From Gammaproteobacteria bacterium (GTDB lineage Bacteria; Pseudomonadota; Gammaproteobacteria; Eutrophobiales; Eutrophobiaceae), in the NCBI GenBank assembly GCA_030829985.1, contig JAURNW010000021.1, positions 11,611 through 75,610 of the forward strand: a stretch of 64,000 bases of DNA. The letters run 5' to 3'. The notes under the pieces were generated by a model that saw only the letters and a list, made by a program, of their open reading frames with translations, was not told the DNA's origin and did not search any database. This document shows, piece after piece, positions 28,484 to 38,580 of this stretch. The position numbers and the translations under genes are program-made. Positions within the stretch are counted from its first letter, which is position 1, and each line of letters opens with the position of its first letter.

Positions 28484-29590
28484 TTAATTTACGTATTCAA
28501 TAACTTCAAGACCGAAGCCGGATAAGGCGTGTATGCGTTTAGGTGCACTAAGCACACGCATTTTCCTGACACCCAAATCAGAAAGAATCTGTGCGCCTAA
28601 ACCAATAGTACGTAGATCTTTACTGCTTTCATTATTGCTTGTTTCTTTTTGTTGCTTGTTAGTCTGGTATGACTCGATTTGATTGATCAATTCAATAGGC
28701 TCAAATTGATTACATAAAATAACCAAAATGCCAGAGTCTTCATCAGCAAGACGCCGTAGCACATCATCTACAGGCCAACCTCGATCTTTGGCAAGACTAC
28801 CCGTTAGATCCGATATTGGATTTTCCAAATGAACTCGAACCAATGTTGGTGTCTCAGGATCAATTTTACCTTTCACTAAAGCAAGGTGTAACTTTTTTTC
28901 CAACTTATCCTGATAAGCATGTAGTACAAATTCGCCATACTCGGTTGGTAGAACTGATTCGGTCATGTGTTCGACAGTTTTTTCATTTTCTATGCGATAA
29001 CGAATCAGGTCTGCGATCGTTCCAATTTTAAGTCCGTGCTCCTTGGCAAATATTTCCAGATCAGGGCGCCTTGCCATTGAACCATCATCATTTAATATTT
29101 CGACTATAACGGCTGATGATTGTAAACCGGCTAATCTTGCCAGATCGCACCCGGCCTCGGTATGTCCAGCCCGTGATAAGACACCGCCCGGTTGTGCCAT
29201 TAATGGGAAAACATGACCTGGCTGTACGAGATCTGCTGGTTTAGCTTCTGGGGCTACAGCCTTTTGAATTGTTAATGCACGATCCGCAGCTGAAATACCG
29301 GTAGTCACACCTTCAGCAGCTTCAATAGAAACAGTAAAGTTGGTTGAAAAGTTGGAATTTGAATGACTGGTCATTAGTGGCAAATTTAATTTCTGGCAAT
29401 GCTCACCGGTCAAGGTCAGACAGATCAATCCACGTCCAAAGCGCGCCATGAAGTTGATATCATCCGAACGGACACATGACGCAGCGATAATCAAGTCACC
29501 TTCATTTTCGCGATCTTCATCATCCATCAATATGACCATACGGCCATTACTGATTTCATCTATTATTTCTGACGTGGTATTTAATGACAT
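28484..29590 (-). CDS. ribBA: Bifunctional 3,4-dihydroxy-2-butanone-4-phosphate synthase / GTP cyclohydrolase II-like protein
   Basis: 368 aa. The DHBP synthase part has the motifs [12 protein letters not shown] and HTEA. A RibA-like part forms the C-terminal half. Confidence 0.9.
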   Translation of the reverse strand: MSLNTTSEIIDEISNGRMVILMDDEDRENEGDLIIAASCVRSDDINFMARFGRGLICLTLTGEHCQKLNLPLMTSHSNSNFSTNFTVSIEAAEGVTTGISAADRALTIQKAVAPEAKPADLVQPGHVFPLMAQPGGVLSRAGHTEAGCDLARLAGLQSSAVIVEILNDDGSMARRPDLEIFAKEHGLKIGTIADLIRYRIENEKTVEHMTESVLPTEYGEFVLHAYQDKLEKKLHLALVKGKIDPETPTLVRVHLENPISDLTGSLAKDRGWPVDDVLRRLADEDSGILVILCNQFEPIELINQIESYQTNKQQKETSNNESSKDLRTIGLGAQILSDLGVRKMRVLSAPKRIHALSGFGLEVIEYVN

Positions 29591-29621
29591 TATATTTCTT
29601 CAACAATTAAGCAACTGCTAA

Positions 29622-30218
29622 CTATACATTATTATTTATTAACTGATCCAAATAACGTGCAATCAGATCAACTTCTATATTTACTCTGGTGTTTGTATCA
29701 TATTCCGAGAATATTGTTTCAGATAAGGTATGAGGAATGATATTCACAGTGAATTTATTTTCATCAACGGTATTGATAGTCAAGCTGACGCCATCAACTG
29801 TGACGGAGCCTTTTTTCGATAAATACTTGCGCAGTGGAGATGGGATCTCAATCATAAATCGTATTGAGCGTGCATCTTCATCTTTATTTAAAATCCTGCC
29901 TATGCCATCCACATGACCACTGACCATATGACCATTAATACGGTCAGACAACATCATAGCTTTTTCCAGATTGATCCGAGAACCAATTTTCAAAGTTGAG
30001 AAAGTAGTCAATTCTAATGTTTCCTTTGATAAATCAGCTACAAAAGAAGCATTATCTTTCTCTATTATCGTTAGACATGCACCATTTACAGCAATGCTAT
30101 CCCCTACTGTCAAATCAGACAGATCCATATTGCCCGTATTAAATACAAACCGACAATCTCCATCTTTTTCTTCAATAGCACTAATACTACCGGTTGTCTG
30201 AATAATTCCTGTGAACAT
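29622..30218 (-). CDS. ribE: Riboflavin synthase (alpha chain)
   Basis: 198 aa with the N-terminal MFTGII and two lumazine-binding repeats (GDSIAVNGACLT / GSVTVDGVSLT). Confidence 0.95.
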   Translation of the reverse strand: MFTGIIQTTGSISAIEEKDGDCRFVFNTGNMDLSDLTVGDSIAVNGACLTIIEKDNASFVADLSKETLELTTFSTLKIGSRINLEKAMMLSDRINGHMVSGHVDGIGRILNKDEDARSIRFMIEIPSPLRKYLSKKGSVTVDGVSLTINTVDENKFTVNIIPHTLSETIFSEYDTNTRVNIEVDLIARYLDQLINNNV

Positions 30219-30232
30219 AACGATAAATTACC

Positions 30233-31318
30233 TTATAGAGCCAACGTGAAACGCAGGTCTTTTCCCACTTGCCGAACATCTTTTATTTCAATATCTTTTG
30301 CTAGACTGAGACTTTCAATTTTTTTTAATTTTAATAATGGATTAGCATCATGTCCAAGTAGTAAAGGTGCCATATAGACAATCATTTCGTCAATTAAACC
30401 CTGTTCAATTAAGGCGCCATTCAAGTTGGAACCTGCTTCAACCATTAGTTCATTAATCTCTTTTTCTTTTGCCAGATGCGAAAAAACATTCTTTAACCAT
30501 ATCGGAGAACTTCGCAAGACAACAACCTCAGCATCCATATTTTCAAATTCTTTAATACGATCTTTATTATCATTCTGTGTATAGATAATTATTTTGCCGG
30601 GAATAGTAAAAATTTTCGCTTTTGTGGGTGTCTTAAGTTGTCTATCAACTATCACTCGTACTTCTTGTTTAAAATAAAAGTCCAGTTCTCGTGCATTTAG
30701 CGATGGATCATCATGTATTACAGATTCAGCGCTGGTTAATATTGCACTACTCGAAGCACGCAAACGATGCACATCTCGACGAGACTGTTCCGAACTAATC
30801 CATTGGCTTTCTCCATTAGCCAGAGCTGTACGCCCATCCAGACTCATTGCCATCTTACTACGAGTATAGGGCAAGCCGAATGTCATGCGTTTGATGAAAC
30901 CGGGATTAAGTCGATGAGCCTCTTCTTCCAGCAAACCTTGTCTGATACTTATGCCTGCATTTTCCAATTTCGTTATACCTGAACCTGAAACAGATGGGTT
31001 TGGATCGACCATAGCAACAACGACATTACTCACCCCGGCATTAATTAACGCATCTGCGCAAGGTGGAGTCTGACCATGATGAGAACACGGCTCAAGTGTC
31101 AGGTAAACAGTACAACCGCTAGCGTCACTACAGTTTTTAAGTGCATTTATTTCAGCATGCCCTTCACCGGCAACTGCATGCCAACCTTCTGCCATAATTT
31201 GATTATCTTTAGTAAGTAAACAACCGACCCGTGGGTTCGGATCACAGGTATAGCGACCACGCTTTGCCAATTGAATAGCATGGGACATGAATTGAAAATC
31301 TTGTGCGGTCCACGTCAA
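30233..31318 (-). CDS. ribD: Bifunctional riboflavin biosynthesis deaminase/reductase RibD
   Basis: 361 aa. It has the CMP/dCMP deaminase zinc motifs HAEINAL and [11 protein letters not shown], plus a C-terminal reductase domain. Confidence 0.95.
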   Translation of the reverse strand: MTWTAQDFQFMSHAIQLAKRGRYTCDPNPRVGCLLTKDNQIMAEGWHAVAGEGHAEINALKNCSDASGCTVYLTLEPCSHHGQTPPCADALINAGVSNVVVAMVDPNPSVSGSGITKLENAGISIRQGLLEEEAHRLNPGFIKRMTFGLPYTRSKMAMSLDGRTALANGESQWISSEQSRRDVHRLRASSSAILTSAESVIHDDPSLNARELDFYFKQEVRVIVDRQLKTPTKAKIFTIPGKIIIYTQNDNKDRIKEFENMDAEVVVLRSSPIWLKNVFSHLAKEKEINELMVEAGSNLNGALIEQGLIDEMIVYMAPLLLGHDANPLLKLKKIESLSLAKDIEIKDVRQVGKDLRFTLAL

Positions 31319-31827
31319 CTCTCATCACCATCAGTATTGAGTAGATCCAGTTGACTCTCTTTTAGCTCTGGCGGTAATTCATGCTCAAGTCTTTCTATTT
31401 CTTCGAGAAAGGCTCGTACATCCTCAAAACTTCTGTAAACAGAAGCAAAACGTACATAGGCAACTTGATCTATGCCTCGTAATTGTTCCATTACCCAGTC
31501 ACCGACCTGGAGTGATTTAACTTCACGATCACCGGTCGCGCGTAATTTATGCATAATATTCGAAACTGCGAGTTCTACCCGTTCCATTTCAACCGGACGT
31601 TTTTCAATCGCCCTTAAAATACCACCTCGCAATTTCTCTTCCTTGAAAGGTTCGCGTCGACCATCTGATTTGATAATCCGCGGGAAATTAAGCTCAGCTG
31701 ATTCATAGGTTGTGTAACGTTCTTTACAATTCGTACATTCACGACGGCGACGAATTTGATCACCCTCACCTACAAGGCGAGAATCTATTACTCGTGTATC
31801 AGGATCAGCACAGAATGGGCAACGCAT
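31315..31827 (-). CDS. nrdR: Transcriptional repressor NrdR
   Basis: 170 aa with a zinc ribbon (CPFC...CTNC) and an ATP-cone. It overlaps the ribD start by 4 nt. Confidence 0.95.
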   Translation of the reverse strand: MRCPFCADPDTRVIDSRLVGEGDQIRRRRECTNCKERYTTYESAELNFPRIIKSDGRREPFKEEKLRGGILRAIEKRPVEMERVELAVSNIMHKLRATGDREVKSLQVGDWVMEQLRGIDQVAYVRFASVYRSFEDVRAFLEEIERLEHELPPELKESQLDLLNTDGDES

Positions 31828-31861
31828 ACTTTGTCTCTATTATTTCAATTTCTAAATATAT

Positions 31862-31900
31862 GAGGGATTGGTATAGCCCATCAGGCATAATCAATCCCTC
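31862..31900 (-). terminator. Stem-loop between glyA and nrdR (possible glyA terminator or attenuator)
   Basis: A perfect 9-bp stem, GAGGGATTG / CAATCCCTC, encloses a 21-nt loop. On the minus strand it is followed by ATATATTTAG, which is a weak U-tract. Confidence 0.4.
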
Positions 31901-31925
31901 ACATCAACAAATATTTACAGTACTA

Positions 31926-33194
31926 TTATTTCAAATCATCATTAAATTCATACAAGGGACGACTCTTGCAAAGCTCAATGACTTCCGCTTTAACTCGTTC
32001 AACAACAGATTCATCACCCATATTATCCATAATGTCGCAACACCAGTTAGCAACCTGCTTCGAATCTGCTTCATCAAATCCGCGCGTTGTAATAGATGGC
32101 GTACCAATACGGATACCACTGGTTACGAATGGAGATTGCGGATCATTTGGGACAGCATTTTTATTTACGGTTATATTGGCACGACCTAAAGCTGCATCCA
32201 CTTCTTTACCTGTCAAACCTTTCTCAACCATATCTACCAGAAACAGGTGATTGTCCGTGCCGCCGGAAACAATCTTCAGCCCGCGCTCAACAAAGGTTTC
32301 TGCCATCACATTGGCATTCTTTTTAACCTGTTGTATATAAGTCTTGAATTCAGGCTGCATAGCTTCTTTAAAAGCAACCGCCTTAGCAGCAATGGTATGC
32401 ATCAATGGACCACCTTGATAGGCAGGAAATACCATAAAGTTGACTTTTTTCTGAATATCTTCATTAGCTTTACCCATTATCAGGCCTGAACGTGGGCCAC
32501 GTAATGTTTTATGTGTGGTAGTGGTGGTTACATCAGCAATCTGCACCGGACTCGGATACTCGCCGACCGCGACTAAGCCGGCAATATGCGCTATATCTGC
32601 CAACATTAATGCGCCGACCTTATCAGCGATTTCACGAAACCGCTGCCAGTCAACAACTCTCGAATAAGCAGAAAAACCGGTAATAATTAATTTTGGCTTA
32701 TGTTCTACTGCTAAACGTTCTGCTTCATCATAATCAATTACACCCTCTGGGGTTAAACCATACTGAACAGCGTTATAGATGCGGCCGGAAACATTTACAT
32801 TGGCACCATGAGTCAGATGTCCACCGTGCGCCAGACTCATACCCATAATATGATCACCGGGTTGCAATAAAGCATGATAAACTGCTCCATTGGCCTGTGA
32901 ACCCGAATGTGATTGAACGTTGGCCCAATCCGCGCCAAATAATTCCAGGGCGCGATCGATAGCAAGTTGCTCTACAACATCGACGTATTCACAACCACCG
33001 TAATAGCGTTTGCCTGGATAACCTTCCGCGTATTTATTAGTCAATACTGAACCCTGACATTCCAATACCCTTGGACTAGCCATATTCTCAGAGGCAATCA
33101 GTTCAATGTGATCTTCCTGTCGACGACGCTCACCTTCCATAGCAGCAAAAAGTTCATCGTCAAACCCTTGCACTTTAGTATCTTTAGTAAACAT
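31926..33194 (-). CDS. glyA: Serine hydroxymethyltransferase
   Basis: 422 aa with the PLP-lysine motif [14 protein letters not shown]. Confidence 0.97.
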   Translation of the reverse strand: MFTKDTKVQGFDDELFAAMEGERRRQEDHIELIASENMASPRVLECQGSVLTNKYAEGYPGKRYYGGCEYVDVVEQLAIDRALELFGADWANVQSHSGSQANGAVYHALLQPGDHIMGMSLAHGGHLTHGANVNVSGRIYNAVQYGLTPEGVIDYDEAERLAVEHKPKLIITGFSAYSRVVDWQRFREIADKVGALMLADIAHIAGLVAVGEYPSPVQIADVTTTTTHKTLRGPRSGLIMGKANEDIQKKVNFMVFPAYQGGPLMHTIAAKAVAFKEAMQPEFKTYIQQVKKNANVMAETFVERGLKIVSGGTDNHLFLVDMVEKGLTGKEVDAALGRANITVNKNAVPNDPQSPFVTSGIRIGTPSITTRGFDEADSKQVANWCCDIMDNMGDESVVERVKAEVIELCKSRPLYEFNDDLK

Positions 33195-34115
33195 AAATAA
33201 CCCTCAATTTATAAATTAAAAAATGTTGAAATAATGAATTCGATCTATTGTTACTTATAATTTTTCATATCTTGCTGGCACGAAATATTCCAGGTGCGAG
33301 CCAGATGAACTACCTGAGATTTCTATATCGATAAGATTGTGTTCATAAAACAACTGTTCTTGTTTCTGGTTGACGTCTTTTTATTATAGTTTGTTGCGTC
33401 ACCAAATTGCTCGATAGAAACATCATTCCCCTTACAAGTATTACAAGTGGTGGCGAATACAGGCAAAAAACATCTGCCAAGTCATTGAGTAAATACTCTC
33501 AAATTAGTATCGCTTTCAAGAGGCTCAATTCTAGCAAATACCCCCGCCTATTGACTACCTAAGATAATGAAAATTATAGGGTTTTATTTTATCTGAATAA
33601 TGTTATTTTTATGAACAATATTCTTAATTCAGCACTATTTGCCAAGGACTTTTGATTTTTGCAATTTTTGAGATAAGACACCATAAAAAATAAATATATT
33701 CATATAAAACAATATGATAGGAAATAATTGCTATATAAAAAAATAGAAGTATTAATGATAATAATGAGCTAATTTGACCAAGATTAAGTAATAATCAAGC
33801 GACTAGTTGATTGGAAGAACGAAAGGGTACCCCTGAAATAACTGATTAGAGACGTTACTTCATTAAACAAAGAAAGCTATCCAGCACATATCGGAATTAA
33901 TTAGCGCAAGGCTTTATAACCCTTCTAAAACTATTCATCATCCGTATTAAGTTTTTATCCAGTTATATTATTTATCCCTGATCAGAGTGAGCATAAAGTT
34001 TACCTTACCATAATAACTTGCCTTGAACGCATAAACGGTCTCGACCATATAAATTACAAACCAAACATCATCTGAATTATAATCCAACGTTCATTAACAT
34101 TGCTTCGGTGGAACC

Positions 34116-34994
34116 GTGTCAGAAACAGATAAATTACTAAAACGCCTGGACTCACTATTAAACAAGATTGAGCCCTTGATTCCAGACATACCAGATGGAA
34201 TCAATACATTTAATGGTGGTGCGTTTCGGTGGCAACGTTATGGTCATACAGGTCTTTTCCATAAAATCAGTCACCCAACTAAAATCAAGTTGTCCGATCT
34301 GCAATGTATTAATCGACAAAAAGAAAAAATTGATTGCAATACTCGACAGTTTCTCGGCAATTTACCCGCAAATAATGTTTTGTTATGGGGGCCAAAAGGA
34401 ACAGGTAAATCTTCTTTGATTAAAGCCTTACTAAGTGAATATCAAAACCAGGGGTTGAATCTGATTGAAGTTGAAAGAAAGGACCTTGGCGATCTGAGAT
34501 TAATCATTGAACAGCTTAGTAGTAAACAAGGACATTTCATTTTGTATTGTGATGATCTCTCTTTCGAAGCTGATGACCCCAGCTACAAAGCTATAAAAGT
34601 TGTGTTGGATGGTTCACTCAGTAATACGCCCGATAACATTTTGATTTATGCCACGTCTAATCGCCGTCATCTAGTACCGGAAATGATGAGTGATAATGTT
34701 GCCAGCAAAAACATACACGGCGAATTACATCTGAACGAATCAATAGAAGAAAAGCTATCCCTTTCCGAGCGCTTCGGAGTCTGGCTTTCATTTCACCCTT
34801 TCAATCAGGTTCAATATCTGGAAATAGTTGATTACTGGTTAAACAAACTTGGTTTCGTCGGTCAAGATATGGATATGGTACGCAAGGCATCCCTGAAATG
34901 GGCGCTTGAGCATGGGTCTCGTAGTGGTCGTTCCGCAGCACAGTTCGCCAAAGACTGGACCGGGCGTCAACAATTAAAGAACAGAAACACCTGA
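34116..34994 (+). CDS. AAA-type ATP-binding protein, DUF815 family
   Basis: 292 aa with a GTG start. It has Walker A (LWGPKGTGKSSL) and Walker B (ILYCDDLSF). The layout is typical of DUF815 proteins. Confidence 0.7.
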   Translation: MSETDKLLKRLDSLLNKIEPLIPDIPDGINTFNGGAFRWQRYGHTGLFHKISHPTKIKLSDLQCINRQKEKIDCNTRQFLGNLPANNVLLWGPKGTGKSSLIKALLSEYQNQGLNLIEVERKDLGDLRLIIEQLSSKQGHFILYCDDLSFEADDPSYKAIKVVLDGSLSNTPDNILIYATSNRRHLVPEMMSDNVASKNIHGELHLNESIEEKLSLSERFGVWLSFHPFNQVQYLEIVDYWLNKLGFVGQDMDMVRKASLKWALEHGSRSGRSAAQFAKDWTGRQQLKNRNT

Positions 34995-35009
34995 TAATTA
35001 GCCAAACTT

Positions 35010-35564
35010 ATGTCAAAACAACAGATTTCTGCTGAGCAAGCCCAGGATGCACTAACTACCGCCGAGTTACTCTACAGTGAAAACGAAGTGGAGCAAGCCA
35101 TTGCTACTATGGCTGAATCAATAACGAATAAATTACAATACACCGAACCATTGCTACTACCGATTATGATCGGTGGCATAGTATTGGCAGGAAAACTGAT
35201 ACCACAACTCAACTTTCCATTACACGTCGATTACATTCATGCGACTCGTTATCGAGGAAATACATCGGGCAGTGAATTAAACTGGTTAAAGAAACCAGGG
35301 CAATCCTTACAAGATAAAACTGTTTTATTGATTGATGATATTCTTGATGAAGGCATTACACTTGCGGCAATTATTGAGAATTGTTATGACGCTGGTGCGC
35401 ATAATGTTTTGACCGCTGTTTTAGCTGAAAAAAAACTCAATCAGGATAAACCAATCAAACATGCAGATTTTACCGGATTAAATGTCCCAGACCGTTATGT
35501 CTTTGGTTATGGCATGGATTACCATGAATATCATCGCAACTTGAATGGCATATATGCATTATGA
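35010..35564 (+). CDS. hpt: Hypoxanthine/guanine phosphoribosyltransferase-like PRTase
   Basis: 184 aa with the PRPP-binding motif VLLIDDILDEGITL. Its stop overlaps the next start (ATGA). Confidence 0.75.
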   Translation: MSKQQISAEQAQDALTTAELLYSENEVEQAIATMAESITNKLQYTEPLLLPIMIGGIVLAGKLIPQLNFPLHVDYIHATRYRGNTSGSELNWLKKPGQSLQDKTVLLIDDILDEGITLAAIIENCYDAGAHNVLTAVLAEKKLNQDKPIKHADFTGLNVPDRYVFGYGMDYHEYHRNLNGIYAL

Positions 35565-36301
35565 CTAAACTCGCAATAATAGGCGGCAGTGGACTGACAC
35601 AGTTGCCAGGATTAACAATCATTGATGAGATCGAAGTAAATACGCCATGGGGTAAAACCTCTGCACCGATCACCGTTGGTAAGATCGATGATACTGAAAT
35701 ACTGTTTCTACCTCGTCATGGTAATCCACATACGATTCCACCACACAAAATAAATTATCGGGCCAATCTTTGGGCATTACATAAATCAGGTATAAATGAA
35801 ATTATAGCCGTCAATGCCGTTGGTGGTATCACCTCATCAATGGGGCCTTGTCGTATTGTTATTGCAGATCAGTTAATAGATTACACTCATGGTCGTGCTG
35901 ATAGTTTCTATGAAGATGACCTTGAAGTAGTTAAGCATATCGACTTTACTTATCCTTACTCTGAAGCATTACGACAACTATTGATACAGGCTGCGGTAGA
36001 AACTAATATTGAAATTGTTTCCAAAGGCACGTACGCAGTAACACAAGGGCCAAGACTGGAGACAGCGGCAGAGGTTAGTCGACTGGAAAAAGACGGTTGC
36101 GATATCGTTGGCATGACCAGTATGCCCGAGGCAAGTCTGGCCAGAGAATTAGACATCGAGTACGCCTGTTGTTCTCTAGTGGTTAACTGGGCAGCTGGTA
36201 AAACTGATGAAATCATTACTATGGAGATTATAGAAAATAATCTCAAAGATGGCATGGGTAAAATACAAAATTTAATAAGCGCTGTAATTAATAATAAGTA
36301 A
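35561..36301 (+). CDS. mtnP: S-methyl-5'-thioadenosine / S-methyl-5'-thioinosine phosphorylase (MTAP family)
   Basis: 246 aa with a PNP/MTAP family pattern (IIGGSG, LPRHG..H.IPPH.INYRAN, VGMT). Confidence 0.85.
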   Translation: MTKLAIIGGSGLTQLPGLTIIDEIEVNTPWGKTSAPITVGKIDDTEILFLPRHGNPHTIPPHKINYRANLWALHKSGINEIIAVNAVGGITSSMGPCRIVIADQLIDYTHGRADSFYEDDLEVVKHIDFTYPYSEALRQLLIQAAVETNIEIVSKGTYAVTQGPRLETAAEVSRLEKDGCDIVGMTSMPEASLARELDIEYACCSLVVNWAAGKTDEIITMEIIENNLKDGMGKIQNLISAVINNK

Positions 36302-36492
36302 TGAATCAACTAGCGAGTGAAACTATTTCGTGTCCATATTGTGGCGAAGCTATAGAGGTTCTAATTGATTGCAGTGTTGCAGAACAGGATTACATAGAAG
36401 ATTGTGAAGTCTGCTGTAGACCAATTAATTTAAATGTTTCTCTGGACCAAAACGGCAGACTTGCTGTACATCCTGGACATGAAAACGAATAG
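36301..36492 (+). CDS. CPXCG-motif cysteine-rich small protein
   Basis: 63 aa containing CPYCG ... CEVCCRP. Its start overlaps the mtnP stop (TAATG). Confidence 0.7.
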   Translation: MNQLASETISCPYCGEAIEVLIDCSVAEQDYIEDCEVCCRPINLNVSLDQNGRLAVHPGHENE

Positions 36493-36520
36493 TCATAAGT
36501 ATAATGAAATTACAGTTTCC

Positions 36521-36991
36521 ATGAAATACAACTATCTTATATTACTTGTTTTTATGTTACCCGCTTGCCAGGGTGATACGCTTAATTGGGATAAAGTCAA
36601 CGCTGAGATACAGCAAAAATTTCCCGATGTAAAACATATCTCTATAGATGAACTAAACGCTAAGGATAATAAAACCATACTGCTAATTGATGTAAGGGAA
36701 GAGGAAGAATTTGCAGTAAGCCATATTCCCGGTGCGCTAAATCTTAAGAACCCGAAAATGATTGCCAAACTTGCTGCTCAATCCAGAAAAGATGTCGTTG
36801 TCTATTGTTCCGTCGGTTATCGATCAGCAATAATGGCGAAAGAGTTAAATAAACTTGGAATAACAAATGTAGCTAATCTGGAAGGTTCCATCTTTGTCTG
36901 GGCCAATGCAGGTCTACCACTTGTCGATCAATATGGCAACACCCGCAAAGTCCATCCTTATGATGAGCATTGGGGTCAGTTATTAGACTGA
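36521..36991 (+). CDS. Rhodanese-domain lipoprotein
   Basis: I chose the ATG at 36521 (MKYNYLILLVFMLPAC, with a lipobox). It has the rhodanese active-site loop YCSVGYRS. The ORF-track start at 36434 would overlap the CPXCG gene. Confidence 0.75.
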   Translation: MKYNYLILLVFMLPACQGDTLNWDKVNAEIQQKFPDVKHISIDELNAKDNKTILLIDVREEEEFAVSHIPGALNLKNPKMIAKLAAQSRKDVVVYCSVGYRSAIMAKELNKLGITNVANLEGSIFVWANAGLPLVDQYGNTRKVHPYDEHWGQLLD

Positions 36992-37006
36992 GTCACACTA
37001 AACGAC

Positions 37007-37804
37007 TTAGCCTGCTTCTTGTTCAAGAAGTTGGACTTGAACATTCTGTGTGATCGGAAACACCTGGGGACCGAACTGATTAAATACAGCAACATCAGCA
37101 GCATCACGCCCATAACCAATAGTGACATAACCACCTTTGAGTACCTCCTGAGTCGCATCAAAGGTATACCAGCGTCCCCCAACGTAAGCTTCAAACCATG
37201 CATGCAGATCCATAGGTTCAAGACCGTAAAGGTAACCGACCACTAATCGAGCAGGAATACTGAGGCTACGACACAAGGCAATTCCTAAGTGTGATAAATC
37301 CCGACAAACACCTGATTGTCTTAAATTTACTTCAACCGCAGATATTGAGCTATCGCTAGTTCCTGGCTCATAACGAATTGTCTTACGCAACCATGTTTCG
37401 ATGGCTGCAATTTGATCATAACCACACAGGTGACCTGCCGTAATTGAAGTTGCCATCTGTCCAAACAATTCCGATTCACAGTAGCGGCTGGGCAATAAGT
37501 AATTGAGTACTGCATCAGGCAGATTCTGGACCTCTATAAATGGTGCTCCAGGTGCTTGATCAAGATAATCATCGGTCATTACTTCTGCAGCGGTATAGAC
37601 CTCAAAAATCCCCGGAGGAGCGACCAATCGCTGGCAGAGATTACCGTAATTATCGGCGAACTCGAACGCAGGGACGCTTGGCACAAGTCTGTATTCTTCT
37701 TTTGCTAGCCATTGTTGCGCACCGCTACGTGGTCGTAGCATTAAAATGAAGGGTGTCGGCACAGCAATATCAAACGTTAGATCACAACTTGCACGTAACC
37801 ACAT
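37007..37804 (-). CDS. Transglutaminase-like family protein
   Basis: 265 aa. An N-terminal Bact_transglu_N-like region is followed by a transglutaminase core with a catalytic Cys context (GVCRDLSH) and downstream His and Asp residues. Confidence 0.75.
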   Translation of the reverse strand: MWLRASCDLTFDIAVPTPFILMLRPRSGAQQWLAKEEYRLVPSVPAFEFADNYGNLCQRLVAPPGIFEVYTAAEVMTDDYLDQAPGAPFIEVQNLPDAVLNYLLPSRYCESELFGQMATSITAGHLCGYDQIAAIETWLRKTIRYEPGTSDSSISAVEVNLRQSGVCRDLSHLGIALCRSLSIPARLVVGYLYGLEPMDLHAWFEAYVGGRWYTFDATQEVLKGGYVTIGYGRDAADVAVFNQFGPQVFPITQNVQVQLLEQEAG

Positions 37805-37877
37805 ATATTAGGTAGCTCCACTTTTGGGTGTAGAATTGAAAAACAGATTTATATTTCCTGAACTGGATTGTCTGCTA

Positions 37878-38573
37878 CTAAAGGCGACTAACCTGAAGTA
37901 TCACGCCTAACATTGGATGATCAAAATAATGGCGTTCATTAAGCTTTATCTTGCGAGTTTCTTTCATTTTGATAATGGTTTTATCCGTAGTCCCTGTAAA
38001 TGATTCTTCACTGGTGCGAAGAATTTTATTCTCCGAGGGCAGATCTTTGAAATAAGACAGATCGATATCGGCATGCAAATAAAAACCACTTCTGATCCTG
38101 ATTGCACCGTCAATAATTTTATTCGACATCATTATTTCATCCAGAAAATCCGGTTCTGTATCAGTCATGTTCAATTCGGCTACGGGAATAGTATTCTCAC
38201 CATCCAGTTTAACCAAGTGGACAAAGCGTGATTCTCTACGCTCGGTTGCGGGTTGTTGCCAGGAGAGATGAATTAATGGTCGATATTCACTGGATAGTTT
38301 TAAAAAGCGATATACACCACCTAGTCTATTGCGACTGTTATTCAAGACCTTATAAGGTATCAAGCCCTGTCCAGAAGGTGAAACACCATCATCTGTCTGT
38401 AATTCAATCAGATTATTTCTCAGCGTAAATACTTCATTTTCCCATTGCTCCCCATCCAGATTTGGATAAAGCCTGTCAAATACAATAACTTCAACCTGAT
38501 ACCAGGATTCTGCCTGAGCAATGTGTGAAAAAATCAGAAACGATAGTGCAATCCAGAGTTTAATAGATTTCAT
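37878..38573 (-). CDS. csiV: CsiV-family periplasmic protein
   Basis: 231 aa. After the signal peptide comes the characteristic WYQVEVIVF start. It lies immediately downstream of mfd, as in Vibrio-type genomes. Confidence 0.6.
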   Translation of the reverse strand: MKSIKLWIALSFLIFSHIAQAESWYQVEVIVFDRLYPNLDGEQWENEVFTLRNNLIELQTDDGVSPSGQGLIPYKVLNNSRNRLGGVYRFLKLSSEYRPLIHLSWQQPATERRESRFVHLVKLDGENTIPVAELNMTDTEPDFLDEIMMSNKIIDGAIRIRSGFYLHADIDLSYFKDLPSENKILRTSEESFTGTTDKTIIKMKETRKIKLNERHYFDHPMLGVILQVSRL

Positions 38574-38580
38574 ATGTGTA

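Noticed and set aside
29591-29621. Possible FMN riboswitch in front of ribBA, or elsewhere in the rib cluster
   Set aside because: The spacer is only 31 nt, and the other rib genes are separated by 0-20 nt. An FMN element needs about 130-150 nt.
31710-32189. 159-aa plus-strand ORF spanning the nrdR 5' end, the glyA-nrdR spacer and the glyA 3' end
   Set aside because: It is antisense to two strongly supported genes, has no motifs and has an odd composition.
33195-34115. The AT-rich spacer as a replication origin
   Set aside because: It has only loose DnaA-box-like strings (TTATCCAGT, TTATCCCTG), very few GATC sites and no dnaA, gidA or mioC context.
36434-36520. Upstream extension of the rhodanese ORF overlapping the CPXCG gene
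   Set aside because: The internal ATG at 36521 yields a canonical lipoprotein signal peptide. The extension overlaps the preceding gene in another frame.
37007-37804. Transglutaminase-like gene as part of a peptide-modification system (ATP-grasp, alpha-E and transglutaminase)
   Set aside because: The usual partner genes are absent from both flanks. As a lone gene it cannot be called a system from this window.
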